64,000 bases of DNA from Candidatus Marinacidobacterales bacterium (GTDB taxonomy: Bacteria; Acidobacteriota; Vicinamibacteria; Marinacidobacterales; DATDRI01), in assembly GCA_965219415.1 (NCBI GenBank), contig CBDCNP010000002.1, positions 3,936,001-4,000,000 of the forward strand, in the 5' to 3' direction. Positions 1 to 9,335 of this stretch are shown in pieces. The first letter of the stretch is position 1; the number at the start of each line of letters is the position of its first letter. A program made the translations under genes and the position numbers. Below the pieces are notes generated by a model. That model was given only the letters and a program-made list of their open reading frames with translations. It did no database searches and was not told the DNA's origin.

Positions 1-176
1 TCGGGCTCTCGGACGAGGTCGGAACCATCGAGAGCGGAAAAGCCGGCGATATCATCGCTACCGCCAAGAGTCCGCTTGAGGATATTTCCGAGATGACACG
101 CGTTACCTTCGTTATGAAAGGTGGACAGGTGTTCAAGCGCCCGAAGAGGTCGGCGGGCCAACCCACAGGTCATTGA
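1..176 (+). CDS. Amidohydrolase family protein, C-terminal part (runs off window start)
   Basis: Frame from base 3 reads GLSDEVGTIESGKAGDIIATAKSPLEDISEMTRVTFVMKGGQVFK...*, the typical amidohydrolase C-terminal motif; TGA at 174-176. Confidence 0.8.
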   Translation, partial: GLSDEVGTIESGKAGDIIATAKSPLEDISEMTRVTFVMKGGQVFKRPKRSAGQPTGH

Positions 177-298
177 CAGGCAAGAGAAATAAAGGGAAAC
201 CTCGGTAATTGAATTGGCTCGTGATCGGTGATGACCCTCCACGCGGGGCTTTGAGAGGCAATCGGTTGAGGGTTCTGCGAACAAGAAGAGGAGATCTC

Positions 299-2413
299 AT
301 GAGAACGGCAAGAACGCTTAAGACTCTGTGGTGGGCGTGCGGCCTGCTGCTTGCGGGAAGGGTGGCAGCAGCGGAATCCAAACCAGCGACGGTAGAAGAT
401 ATCGTGAGAATCAACAACATCCAAGAGGCTCGGATCTCTCCGGATGGCTCGCAGGTTGTCTATGTAGTGGCGGAGCCGAATATCGAGGAGAGTGTTTATG
501 ACGCCGATATCTTCGTCGTGAGCTCAAAGGGAGGGCCGTCTCGTGGGCTGACTAAAAGAGCTGCGCGGGACGACACACCGCGGTGGTCACGAGATGGTCA
601 ACTGATCGCTTTTATCTCAGACCACAGCGGGAGCAATCAGATCTGGCTGGTCAGTCCCGACGGAGATGGCTTGCACCAATTGACAAGGGTGGAGGGAGGG
701 ATGGCGGCCCCGGGTTTCCTGCGCATCTTCCCGCCTTACCCACAGGCTTTCGCCTGGTCCCCTGACGGCAAGACTATTGCGTACTTGGTTCCCGATCAAG
801 AAATCGTGGCGCAACAGGAACAGAGGAGGCGGGAGAAAGACGATACCATCGTCATTGGCCGCGATGTGAAGACGGCACAGGTCCACCTGATCGATGTCGA
901 GAGCGGCGAGAGTCGTCAGCTGACAAGGGGCAAGTTTACAGTGAATCACGTGTCCTGGTCGCCCGACGGTAAGGAGATCGCCTTTTCGGCACAGCCCAAG
1001 CCTGAGGAAGAAGGCTCCGATCCGGCACGCGCCATTAGTGCCCCGGCGGCGGACGATGTCTTTGTCGTATCAGTTGAAGGGGGACAGGTTCGAACGCTGA
1101 TCCAACGCGACGGGATGGACAGTACGCCCAAGTGGTCGCCGGATGGTACCAGGATTGCGTTTGTCTCCGACGGCGGCAAGAGAAAATGGAGCGCCAATAA
1201 CTATCTATATACTGTAGCAGCGGCGGGAGGAACTCCACAAAGCCTCACCCAGAACTTCGATGAGGTCATCGCTTTCTATCACTGGGCGGCGGATAGCTCG
1301 TTGGTACTCATCTTGGCTAGGCAAAAATTAACCAGGCACCTCTTCGCAGTCGAGACGGACAGCCAAACGGTCCGCCAGGTGACCTCGGGGAACCGGGTCC
1401 ATGGGTCGTTCAGTTTTTCGAGAGACACGGGACAAATGGCGTTTCTCGCGCAAGACGCCAAGACCGCCTGGGATGTTTACGTTTCGGGAGTAGAGGAGTT
1501 CGATCCGGTCAAGATCACCAAGACCAATCCCCAGTTGCAAAAGCTCGCACTGGTCGAGCCCGAAGTCGTTCGATGGAAGGCGTCCGACGGTATGGAGATT
1601 GAAGGGCTCCTTTACAAGCCCCTGCGGTTCGAGGAAGGCGAGAAGTATCCCCTGGTAACTTGCGTCCACGGCGGTCCCTCGATCGGAACGTTCACCCTGT
1701 CGATTTCACCGCAACTATCCGAAGCGGGGCGGTTTCCCATGCAAGCCGATCCCTGCATTCTGGCACACGTTTTCGCTGGCGAGGGGTACGCAACCTTCTT
1801 GCCGAACCCAAGAGGCGGGGCTGGCTACGGTGAGAAATTCCGGCAAGCGGGCGGTCGGGGACCCGGTTATGGTGAGTTTCCTTCGAGCTCCCGAAAGAGA
1901 GGCCGTGGAGATTTCCAAGATATCCTTTCGGGAATTGACTCATTAATCGAGCGCGGGATTGCCGACGAAGACAAGCTGGGAATCATGGGATGGAGCTACG
2001 GAGGGTACATGAGTGCCTGGGCCATCTCACAGACCGATCGATTCGCGGCTGCTTCTGCCGGTGCTGGCCCGACAAATGCCATTAGCTATTTCGGCACGTC
2101 GGCGCACGTACCACCACCCGATCGACTAGCCCCCTGGCAGGCTATGCAAGACTACTTGAATGATTCGGCGATCTACTACGGTGACAATCTAAAGACGCCC
2201 ACGCTACTTCAGTTTCCTGAAAGGGATGAAATCGTTCCCTTGTCACAGGCCCAGGAGCTACATCGTGCTCTCCAACTGAAGGGTGTTCCCACTGAGCTTC
2301 ACGTGTACCCTCGCGAGGGGCACATGCTTCGCGAGCCGAAACATCAGCTCGATATGCTGCTCCAGAATGTCGAGTGGTTCGATCGCTGGTTCAGTTTCGA
2401 ACATTCGTCATAA
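299..2413 (+). CDS. Secreted S9 family peptidase (PD40/TolB-like propeller plus alpha/beta hydrolase)
   Basis: ATG 299 after GAGGAG; signal peptide; repeated WSPDG; VHGGP, GWSYGG nucleophile, D..VP and YPREGH motifs. Confidence 0.9.
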   Translation: MRTARTLKTLWWACGLLLAGRVAAAESKPATVEDIVRINNIQEARISPDGSQVVYVVAEPNIEESVYDADIFVVSSKGGPSRGLTKRAARDDTPRWSRDGQLIAFISDHSGSNQIWLVSPDGDGLHQLTRVEGGMAAPGFLRIFPPYPQAFAWSPDGKTIAYLVPDQEIVAQQEQRRREKDDTIVIGRDVKTAQVHLIDVESGESRQLTRGKFTVNHVSWSPDGKEIAFSAQPKPEEEGSDPARAISAPAADDVFVVSVEGGQVRTLIQRDGMDSTPKWSPDGTRIAFVSDGGKRKWSANNYLYTVAAAGGTPQSLTQNFDEVIAFYHWAADSSLVLILARQKLTRHLFAVETDSQTVRQVTSGNRVHGSFSFSRDTGQMAFLAQDAKTAWDVYVSGVEEFDPVKITKTNPQLQKLALVEPEVVRWKASDGMEIEGLLYKPLRFEEGEKYPLVTCVHGGPSIGTFTLSISPQLSEAGRFPMQADPCILAHVFAGEGYATFLPNPRGGAGYGEKFRQAGGRGPGYGEFPSSSRKRGRGDFQDILSGIDSLIERGIADEDKLGIMGWSYGGYMSAWAISQTDRFAAASAGAGPTNAISYFGTSAHVPPPDRLAPWQAMQDYLNDSAIYYGDNLKTPTLLQFPERDEIVPLSQAQELHRALQLKGVPTELHVYPREGHMLREPKHQLDMLLQNVEWFDRWFSFEHSS

Positions 2414-2447
2414 GTTGGATTCGGAAGCTCAGAAGGGTAGTTGGGAA

Positions 2448-2759
2448 ATGACAACTGCAATGAACTGCAAAGGGGTTTCGAGACGGCGACTCCTTCAACT
2501 CCTCGTAGCGGCCGGTGGCGCGCCGGCCCTCGCCGAGGCGATCGTGGCCGAAACTCAGCCCGAGGTGTCACCTGAGCGCTTGAAGGTCTTGGCGGACTTG
2601 CTCGATAGGAAATTCGACCAAGCGCAGCTGGAAACACTCTCCGTTACGGTTCAGCGGTCCCTCGATAACTTCCAGCTTGTCCGTGAACTGGACATCGATG
2701 ACCGCGTTCAGCCATGTACGGTCTTTCAGGCGAGACCCCCCGGGGATAATGATAACTAG
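2448..2759 (+). CDS. Small Tat-signal protein, possible GatC/AtzG-like amidase partner
   Basis: SRRRLLQLL twin-arginine motif then ALA cleavage site; C-terminus ELDIDDRVQPCTVF resembles AtzG/GatC-like tails; directly upstream of the amidase. Confidence 0.6.
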   Translation: MTTAMNCKGVSRRRLLQLLVAAGGAPALAEAIVAETQPEVSPERLKVLADLLDRKFDQAQLETLSVTVQRSLDNFQLVRELDIDDRVQPCTVFQARPPGDNDN

Positions 2760-2816
2760 ATACTCGTGAACAGATGAGCTCGCGTTCCGATTGGCGATTT
2801 CTCAAGTGGATGGTGA

Positions 2817-4256
2817 ATGGCTAAGGGCAGCAACCTTGTGTTCTTGAGCGCACGCGAGCTCGGGGGGCTTCTAAAGAGCCGCCAAGTGTCGCCTGTCGAG
2901 GTTGTGGAGGCCCATCTTGAAAGAGTCAAGAGCCTAAATCCGATCCTGAATGCATTCATCACCACCGCTAGTGATTATGCCATCACCCGTGCGCGCAAAG
3001 CCGAAAAGGAAATTCTAGAGGGGAACTACCTAGGACCCTTGCACGGAGTGCCCTACGCACCGAAGGACATTGTTGCCACTAAAGGAATTTCTACGACGAA
3101 TGGCTCGCGGGTTACCGCGAACTGGATCCCGGACTACGAGTCAACCATTACGGAGAGACTGAACAATGCAGGCGCGGTACTTATCGGGAAGACGAACTTG
3201 CTCGAGTTCGCCATCGGCAGCGGGATCTTTTCGGGCTTCGGTCAAGTTCGAAATCCGTGGCATCTCGGTTACTCCGCGGCGGGCTCGTCCCACGGGTCCG
3301 GTGCGGCGCTCGCCGCTGGTATGGTTCCTCTCTCCATAGGCACCGACACCGGAGGTTCCATTCGTGCCCCTGCTGCCTTTTGCGGTGTGGTCGGGCTGAA
3401 GCCGACGTACGGTCGTGTCAGTCGTTACGGAGTGACCACGCTGAGCTGGACGCTCGATCATGCCGGTCCGATGTCGAGGACAGTCGCCGACATCGCCCTC
3501 CTGCTGCAAGTCATTGCTGGCGCTGATTCCAAAGACACAAGTTGCGCCAACGAGCCGGTTCCCGATTACAACGGCGCGCTGGTTCGCGATCTCAAGGGAG
3601 TCCGGATCGGTGTACAACGGGGATACTTTTTCGATGATCTTCACCCGGACGTGGATCGCTCCTTGGAAACCGCGATGCAGAAACTGAAGGACCTGGGAGC
3701 GATTTTCGTTGATGTAGAGATCCCACACCTCAAATATGCCGCCGCTGCCGGAGCCATGATCGGAATGGCCGAGGCCGCGACTTTCCACCAGAAGCGGCTG
3801 CGTGAGAGTGGAGATCGGTTTGACCCGCTGGCCCGGGAGCGTATCGAGAGAGGGAACTTTGTCCTGGCGGTTGATTACATCAAAGCGCAGCGCGTGCGGA
3901 CCATCCTCATGGAGGAGATGGCGAAGGTCTTTCGAGCCTGCAACGTGCTGGTAGCGCCATCGAACATGAGCCTTCCAACCGTACTCGAGTCCGCCGAGAC
4001 GGCGGCAAGCGACGTGAAGCCCGAGCCGGTGCCGGAGGGACCCTCTATGGAAATGGCGGCCGCGCGGGGTGCTTTCTTGGGAAACATGGCTGGTCTTCCG
4101 GCGATCTCGGTACCTTGTGGGTTCTCATCGACCGCTCCCACACTTCCGATCGCGATTCAGTTCTACGCCAAGCCGTTCGATGAGCCCTCGCTGCTACGGG
4201 TCGGCTACGCCTATGAGATGGCCACAGATTGGCACGAGCGGAGACCGCCGGTCTGA
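2817..4256 (+). CDS. Amidase signature (GatA/AtzE-like) family amidase
   Basis: GPLHGVPYAPKD, GKTNLLEFA, AGSSHGS, IGTDTGGSIRAPAAFCGVVGLKPTYGRVS; no gatB nearby. Confidence 0.92.
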   Translation: MAKGSNLVFLSARELGGLLKSRQVSPVEVVEAHLERVKSLNPILNAFITTASDYAITRARKAEKEILEGNYLGPLHGVPYAPKDIVATKGISTTNGSRVTANWIPDYESTITERLNNAGAVLIGKTNLLEFAIGSGIFSGFGQVRNPWHLGYSAAGSSHGSGAALAAGMVPLSIGTDTGGSIRAPAAFCGVVGLKPTYGRVSRYGVTTLSWTLDHAGPMSRTVADIALLLQVIAGADSKDTSCANEPVPDYNGALVRDLKGVRIGVQRGYFFDDLHPDVDRSLETAMQKLKDLGAIFVDVEIPHLKYAAAAGAMIGMAEAATFHQKRLRESGDRFDPLARERIERGNFVLAVDYIKAQRVRTILMEEMAKVFRACNVLVAPSNMSLPTVLESAETAASDVKPEPVPEGPSMEMAAARGAFLGNMAGLPAISVPCGFSSTAPTLPIAIQFYAKPFDEPSLLRVGYAYEMATDWHERRPPV

Positions 4257-4259
4257 ACC

Positions 4260-6050
4260 ATGGCGAAAGGAAGAAGAGGATGGAGCCGCATTAGCAAGTT
4301 GCTGGGCGCCGGAACCTGCGCCACCCTGAGCCTCGTTGCCTTCGCTTGGGGTTGCTCGCCGGCGTCCGGCCCGAAGCTCGCCTTCGAGATCTCCTTCCCG
4401 GAATCGGTCACCGGGGAACCTCTGACCGGTCGAGTGTTTGCCATGATTGCTGAGACCGATGATCTGAAGCCTCGTCTGCAAATCGGCTGGGGTTTCCCGA
4501 CGACTTTCCTTGGAGTCGATGTAGAAGAGCTTCGACCCAACGAAGTAGCGCTCATCGATAGCACGACCCTCGGTTATCCGGTCCGGAGTTTGGATGAGCT
4601 TCCAGCCGGGGACTACTTCGTCCAGGGCTTGTTCAGCATCTACACCGAGTTTCACCGCTCGGATGGCCATGTGATCTGGGCGCCCATGGACCAATGGGAG
4701 GGTCAACAGTTCCACCGCTCCCCCGGCAACCTGATCAGCAGTGTTCGGAAGATACGGCTCGATCCAAAGACGGGCTACCGCGTCAGGCTCAATCTGACCG
4801 AGAAAATACCGTCGGTGGTCGTGCCTCCCGACACCAAATGGGTCAAGCGGCTCAAGCTCAAGAGCAAATTGCTCTCGAATTTTTGGGGGCATCCGATCTA
4901 TTTAGGCGCCACCGTTTTACTGCCGAGAGGATATGACGAGGAACCCGAGCGATACTATCCGGTCGTTTATCAACAGGGTCATTTCAGCCTTGAGGCCCCC
5001 TTCGGTTTTACCACCGGTGACTCACCCCTGACGGAACAGGCCCACCTCAGACTGCGGGGGCAGCAGCCGGGTTACCAGCTCTATCGAGCCTGGAGTTCCG
5101 ATGATTTCCCCAGAATGATCGCGGTGACTTTTCAGCATCCCACCCCTTACTTCGATGATTCGTATGCGGTGAACTCGGCCAACAACGGTCCTTATGGTGA
5201 CGCCATCATGACCGAGCTCATCCCCCACGGCGAGGAGTCATTCCGCATCATTAGAGAGCCGTACGCCCGTGTCTTGACCGGTCGGTCCACCGGTGGTTGG
5301 GAGTCGCTGGCACTTCAGATCTACCACCCAGAGTTCTTTGGCGGCACGTGGACCTTCGCGCCCGATCCTGTGGACTTTCGCCGCTATGGGCTCTCCGACA
5401 TCTACTACGATGAAAACGCGTTCTTCGTGTCCGATGACGAGGCCCGCCGCCGCGACCCGCTCTGGCTCGTTCGGCCCGGACAGCGGTGGCTGCCGCAAGA
5501 GCGTCCCTTTGGCCGAGCACCAGATGGGCAAACCATGATGACCATGCGTGATTTCAGCCATCTCGACGCGGTCCGGGGAAGCAAGAGCCGGGCAGGCCAG
5601 CAACTGAGCGCGTGGGAGGCAGCCTACGGTCCGGTCGGCGATGACGGTTATCCGCGGCCTCTCTGGGACAGATTCACCGGCGTCATCGACCGAGAGGTGG
5701 CCCACTACATGCGCGATAATGGATACGATCTGCGTCATTACCTTGAGCGCAACTGGTCTCGAATCGGCCCCGCGTTGGTCGGCAAGCTGCGCTTATACTG
5801 CGGGGAAATGGACAACCATTATCTGAACCAGGGCCTTTACCTGCTTGAAGACTTCTTGAGCAAAACTCAGAACCCTCATTACCCTGGATACTTCGAATAC
5901 GGACGGCCAGAGGCGGATCACTTCTGGCAACCTATGAGCAATTCCGAGCTCCTGCAAGAGATGGCGGAACACATCCACCGGAACGCCGGCGCGGGCTCGA
6001 TGCTCAAAGATCGCGGGAGTAGCGTTCAGCGGGGACCTACCGAGGAGTGA
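4260..6050 (+). CDS. Putative esterase-family alpha/beta hydrolase, likely lipoprotein
   Basis: GATVLLPRGYD..P..YYPVVY, NSANNGPYGDA, GRSTGG nucleophile elbow; lipobox-like AWGC. Confidence 0.8.
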   Translation: MAKGRRGWSRISKLLGAGTCATLSLVAFAWGCSPASGPKLAFEISFPESVTGEPLTGRVFAMIAETDDLKPRLQIGWGFPTTFLGVDVEELRPNEVALIDSTTLGYPVRSLDELPAGDYFVQGLFSIYTEFHRSDGHVIWAPMDQWEGQQFHRSPGNLISSVRKIRLDPKTGYRVRLNLTEKIPSVVVPPDTKWVKRLKLKSKLLSNFWGHPIYLGATVLLPRGYDEEPERYYPVVYQQGHFSLEAPFGFTTGDSPLTEQAHLRLRGQQPGYQLYRAWSSDDFPRMIAVTFQHPTPYFDDSYAVNSANNGPYGDAIMTELIPHGEESFRIIREPYARVLTGRSTGGWESLALQIYHPEFFGGTWTFAPDPVDFRRYGLSDIYYDENAFFVSDDEARRRDPLWLVRPGQRWLPQERPFGRAPDGQTMMTMRDFSHLDAVRGSKSRAGQQLSAWEAAYGPVGDDGYPRPLWDRFTGVIDREVAHYMRDNGYDLRHYLERNWSRIGPALVGKLRLYCGEMDNHYLNQGLYLLEDFLSKTQNPHYPGYFEYGRPEADHFWQPMSNSELLQEMAEHIHRNAGAGSMLKDRGSSVQRGPTEE

Positions 6051-6054
6051 GCCC

Positions 6055-6498
6055 ATGCCCGGAACTGGAATCACTGGAACCGTTTTGCTCCTTAGCGCTC
6101 TACTAGTTCAGTCCACAGGGGACATCTCGGACGACGAGCAAGCGATTCGGCGGCTGATGGAACGCTTCGTAGCGGCGTGGAACCGGGGTGATGCTAAGGC
6201 GGTCTCCGAGCTCTGGGAAGTAGAAGGTGTTTACACCCTCACCAGCGGCGGAGTGGTCCGCGGGCGTGGCGAGCTCGAAAAAAGGTTTGCCGAAGCTCTT
6301 GACGGAAGCGACAAAGGAAGCCGCCGGGAGATCTCTGTAACACGGATTCACTTCATCAGACCGGATGTGGCGGTGGTTGATGGGGCATTCGAAGTTACCG
6401 GTGGCAGCATTCCCAGAAAGTCGGGTTACACGTTCATCGCCTCGAAGAAAGACGCCCGGTGGCACATTGCTGTTTGGCACGTCTTGCCCATACCATAA
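6055..6498 (+). CDS. SgcJ/EcaC/DUF4440 (NTF2-fold) protein
   Basis: DEQAIRRLMERFVAAWNRGDAKA...GRGEL...FIRPDVAVVDG pattern. Confidence 0.8.
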   Translation: MPGTGITGTVLLLSALLVQSTGDISDDEQAIRRLMERFVAAWNRGDAKAVSELWEVEGVYTLTSGGVVRGRGELEKRFAEALDGSDKGSRREISVTRIHFIRPDVAVVDGAFEVTGGSIPRKSGYTFIASKKDARWHIAVWHVLPIP

Positions 6499-6562
6499 GT
6501 CCAGCACGCCAGATCTCGAACGCCGTCCCGGCGAGGAGAGAGGGAGGGTATCGAGAGTGTGA

Positions 6563-6997
6563 CCCCGTCGTGTCCAAAAATACAAACGAAATCAAGATCT
6601 GCTCGCTGGGACGTTTCGGAATAGACGTGTCTACGCTTGGTTGGTCAATGGGAGCTAGAATCCTCGGTCATGAGGACTCCGATCCAGCCCTTGACGTTGT
6701 TGGTGGTCGCCATCGCTGGTTGGCTCCAGCGTGACCAACAGGCTGCTATCGTCTACTTACTCGAGGAGAACAGAGTCCTCAAGGCTCGGCTCTACGGGAG
6801 GAAGCTTCGCCTCACAGACGACGAGTGACGTCGGCTCGCGGTAAAGGGTAAGGCGCTTGGCTGGGAAACTCTTAGCAGAAGTTGCCGGAATCGTCACACC
6901 GGAAACTCTTCTGGCTTGGCACCGAAGGCTCATCGCGCAGAAGTGGGACTACAGCGAGCGGCGGAAACGGCTCGGACGGCCTCGGGTTGGTGATGGG
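6563..6997 (+). mobile_element. rve-integrase (IS3/IS481-like DDE) element, left end plus broken transposase N-terminus
   Basis: End CCCGTCGTGTCCAAAAATACAAACG; MRTPIQPLTLL...YLLEENRVLK, in-frame TGA 6826-6828 (CGA in the 20.8 kb copy) and a frameshift; cut by IS21. Confidence 0.8.
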
Positions 6998-7621
6998 TGT
7001 CAACGCCGGCCGAAAATGGCTCATTTATGGATGCGGTCGATGAGCGCGGCGGCCATGACCTCATCGCCCATGACGGCGCCCCATTCCTCGAAACTCTTGT
7101 TGGACGTCAACACACCGTCGAGGCGTGCTCGTAGCGTCGGCTGATGAGCTGGAAGAAGAGTATGGCGCCGGTCTGTGCCACAGGCAGGTAGCCGATCTCG
7201 TCGACGACGAGAAGTGATGGATAGCTCAGCACCGTAAGGCGTTGGTTGAGTGAGCCCACGGCACGGGCTTGCTCGAGCGAGTTGATGAGCAGCGAGTTGA
7301 TGAGCTCGGCGAGGGTGCCGTAGTAGACTCGCCGTCCCTTCTGTGCCGCGGCGATCGCGAGGCTGATCGCGAGATGGGTCTTGCCGACACCGGGCGGTCC
7401 CAACAGAATGACGTTCTCCTTGCGCTCGACGAAGTTGAGCTCGTGGAGAGATTCGATCTGCTCGCGTTTGATCGACGGCTGGAACGAGAAGTCGAACTCA
7501 TCGAGCGTTTTCACCGCGGGTAGGCGCGCCGAGCGCATCGCGGCCTGTAGCCGCCGGTTGTTACGCAGCGTGATCTGCGCCCCCAGAAGCTGCTCGATCG
7601 CCTCCGACGTCGTGACCGCGC
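6998..7621 (-). mobile_element. istB: IS21 family remnant (istB helper ATPase fragment plus terminal repeat)
   Basis: LGPPGVGKTHLA Walker [12 protein letters not shown]; terminus TGTCAACGCCGGCCGAAAA at 6998; internal deletions. Confidence 0.88.
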
Positions 7622-7646
7622 CTGTGCCTTCTATTTATTCATCCGC
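7622..7646 (+). repeat. 25-bp IS-like terminal repeat; exact inverted copy at 12402-12426
   Basis: CTGTGCCTTCTATTTATTCATCCGC versus GCGGATGAATAAATAGAAGGCACAG. Confidence 0.8.
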
Positions 7647-7716
7647 CAGCCCATGGGTCGGAAGTCAGCCCTGCGGCGCGAAATACCCTGGATTCTGCGC
7701 GGATTCCAAGGGCGTC

Positions 7717-7769
7717 TAAGCTGCTGATTTGTGGCCTATTTCAAAAGGGCCGAGTTTTGGCACAGGACG
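7717..7769 (+). mobile_element. Right end of rve-integrase element family
   Basis: ...ATTTCAAAAGGGCCGAGTTTTGGCACAGGACG, also at 8864-8925(-), 10537-10576(-), 19228-19278(+), 26394-26480(-). Confidence 0.75.
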
Positions 7770-7927
7770 CCATCAACGGGCAATTTGGGGTCATTTCGGG
7801 GCTGATCGGGCCGTTTTTCCAGCGCGCTGCGGCATAGGAGTTCGGGCGCGCCAAGCTGGACGGAACAGATGCTTTGGAGGAAAGCTCTGCTCGGGCTCGC
7901 CTATCGCAGAGCCATTGTCGCGTCGGC

Positions 7928-8071
7928 GGGTCTCCGCGAAGTTCGAGAACGCCTCCAGGATTCGGGCTTTCGGCTCAGCTCGAATTTTCGGACACGACGG
8001 GGTCTCCGCGAATTTCGACAACACCTCCAAGATTCGGGCTTTCGACTCCGTTCGCATTTTCGGAGATGACG
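7928..8071 (+). repeat. Two tandem 72-bp imperfect repeats, each internally palindromic
   Basis: Units start GGGTCTCCGCGAA at 7928 and 8000, share GATTCGGGCTTTCG, and end ATTTTCGGA(C/G)A(C/T)GAC. Confidence 0.8.
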
Positions 8072-8319
8072 CGGTTCGGATCAGTTGAGGATTTTGTCAC
8101 GTCGGCCCTGAGCCTGAGGAGCACCAGCGATTCCCGAAACTGCTCTCAGGGCCTTGGCCTGTCGAATGCAGGCGGCCGATAGCTCAGCGAGCTATGTGGT
8201 TGCATGCGGTTGTGCGCTGAACGTTGGCGCCGTCCCCCACGGCATCACGATCTGGGGGGGCGGCGGCTCATGCAGCTCGAGTTTGTGGAAGGGACAGGGC
8301 ATTGCAGCACCCGAAAGCC

Positions 8320-8863
8320 TCAGTGGACGGTGAGGATGGCGGAGATAGTGACGATGCTGTCGAAAAAATGGCCAAGCCGGATGTTCTCGTTGGGACTGTG
8401 CTGGTTGTTGTCGAAATTGACCGTGGGAACCACCATGGCTGGGAACCCCAGTGCCTGGATGAAAGGAGAGATGGGAACGGTCCCTCCCATCGTTCGCATA
8501 CGCACCGGGGAGACGTTTCACATTTCGGTGATGGCTTCGACGAGGCGCCCGGCCACCGCGTTGTCGGGCTCCGTGCGAAACGCGTTCGTCCCGGAACCTC
8601 GACGTTGTACCCGGACGATGCGCCCATGGGCGGCGCGCGTGGCGTCATCGGGGTCGTCATACACGACGTGATAGCCCTGGGCCCGAATGTGCCGCATTAC
8701 CTTCTCGTACATCGCATCGGCGTCCGTCTCCTTGACGAGACGCACGTCGATCGCAGCGACGGCCTGATCCGGAACGACAGTCCGGGCTTCGCGGCCCACC
8801 CAGGCGCTTCGAAGCCCCCGGACGTTCAAGGACGGGTACTGAATCGCCTCCTGAAGCGACGAG
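8320..8863 (-). pseudogene. M20/M25/M40 peptidase C-terminal fragment, frameshifted
   Basis: SLQEAIQYPSLNVRGLRSAWVG...IDVRLV, then RMRTMGGTVPISPF...NQHSPNENIRLG in another frame; 5' part removed at an element end. Confidence 0.8.
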
Positions 8864-8925
8864 CCCCGTCCTGTGCCAAAACTCGGCCCTTTTGAAATAG
8901 ACCATAAATCAGCAGCTTAGTGTCT
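8864..8925 (-). mobile_element. Right end of rve-integrase element family
   Basis: CCCCGTCCTGTGCCAAAACTCGGCCCTTTTGAAAT... Confidence 0.75.
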
Positions 8926-9212
8926 ATGGTGCGCTCCCGTGAACGGCTTGGCGGGTTGCTACGTTTCTACCATCGGGAAGCAGCATGAGTATTTTGACCT
9001 CACGGGCATTATTTATCCTTCGCTCGCCTCCTCGGCTCGCTCGGCAGGCCGGGCTCTTTGCCCGCGGGCGCCTCGGTTCGAAGGCGGGCGCTTCGACGTC
9101 CACAATGCTTGAGCTACTGAACCAACAGGAACTCCGCCGTCGGTTGCCATGCCCGCTGGCCGGGTCTAGACTTCCGCTTTGGGTTGTGACGATTGGAATG
9201 GGAGCGTTGTCA

Positions 9213-9335
9213 ATGAAGCGAATCGCCGGCTGGGCTCTTGGTGTGATGTTTATCGGAGGCTCCCTGGGTGCTGCCGAACTACAGGTTGGTGACGAGGCAC
9301 CCGACTTCGAGCTCCAAGGCACCGACGGAAAGTCC
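9213..9335 (+). pseudogene. Peroxiredoxin/AhpC-TSA N-terminus truncated by IS1
   Basis: Signal peptide then ELQVGDEAPDFELQGTDGKS, ending exactly at the IS1 inverted repeat. Confidence 0.75.

Noticed and set aside
2817-4256. gatA call
   Set aside because: No gatB, variant signature and catabolic context; kept as a generic amidase
7928-8071. CRISPR array or integron attC sites
   Set aside because: Units are similar along their whole length with no unique spacers; no RYYYAAC/GTTRRRY cores and no IntI in the window
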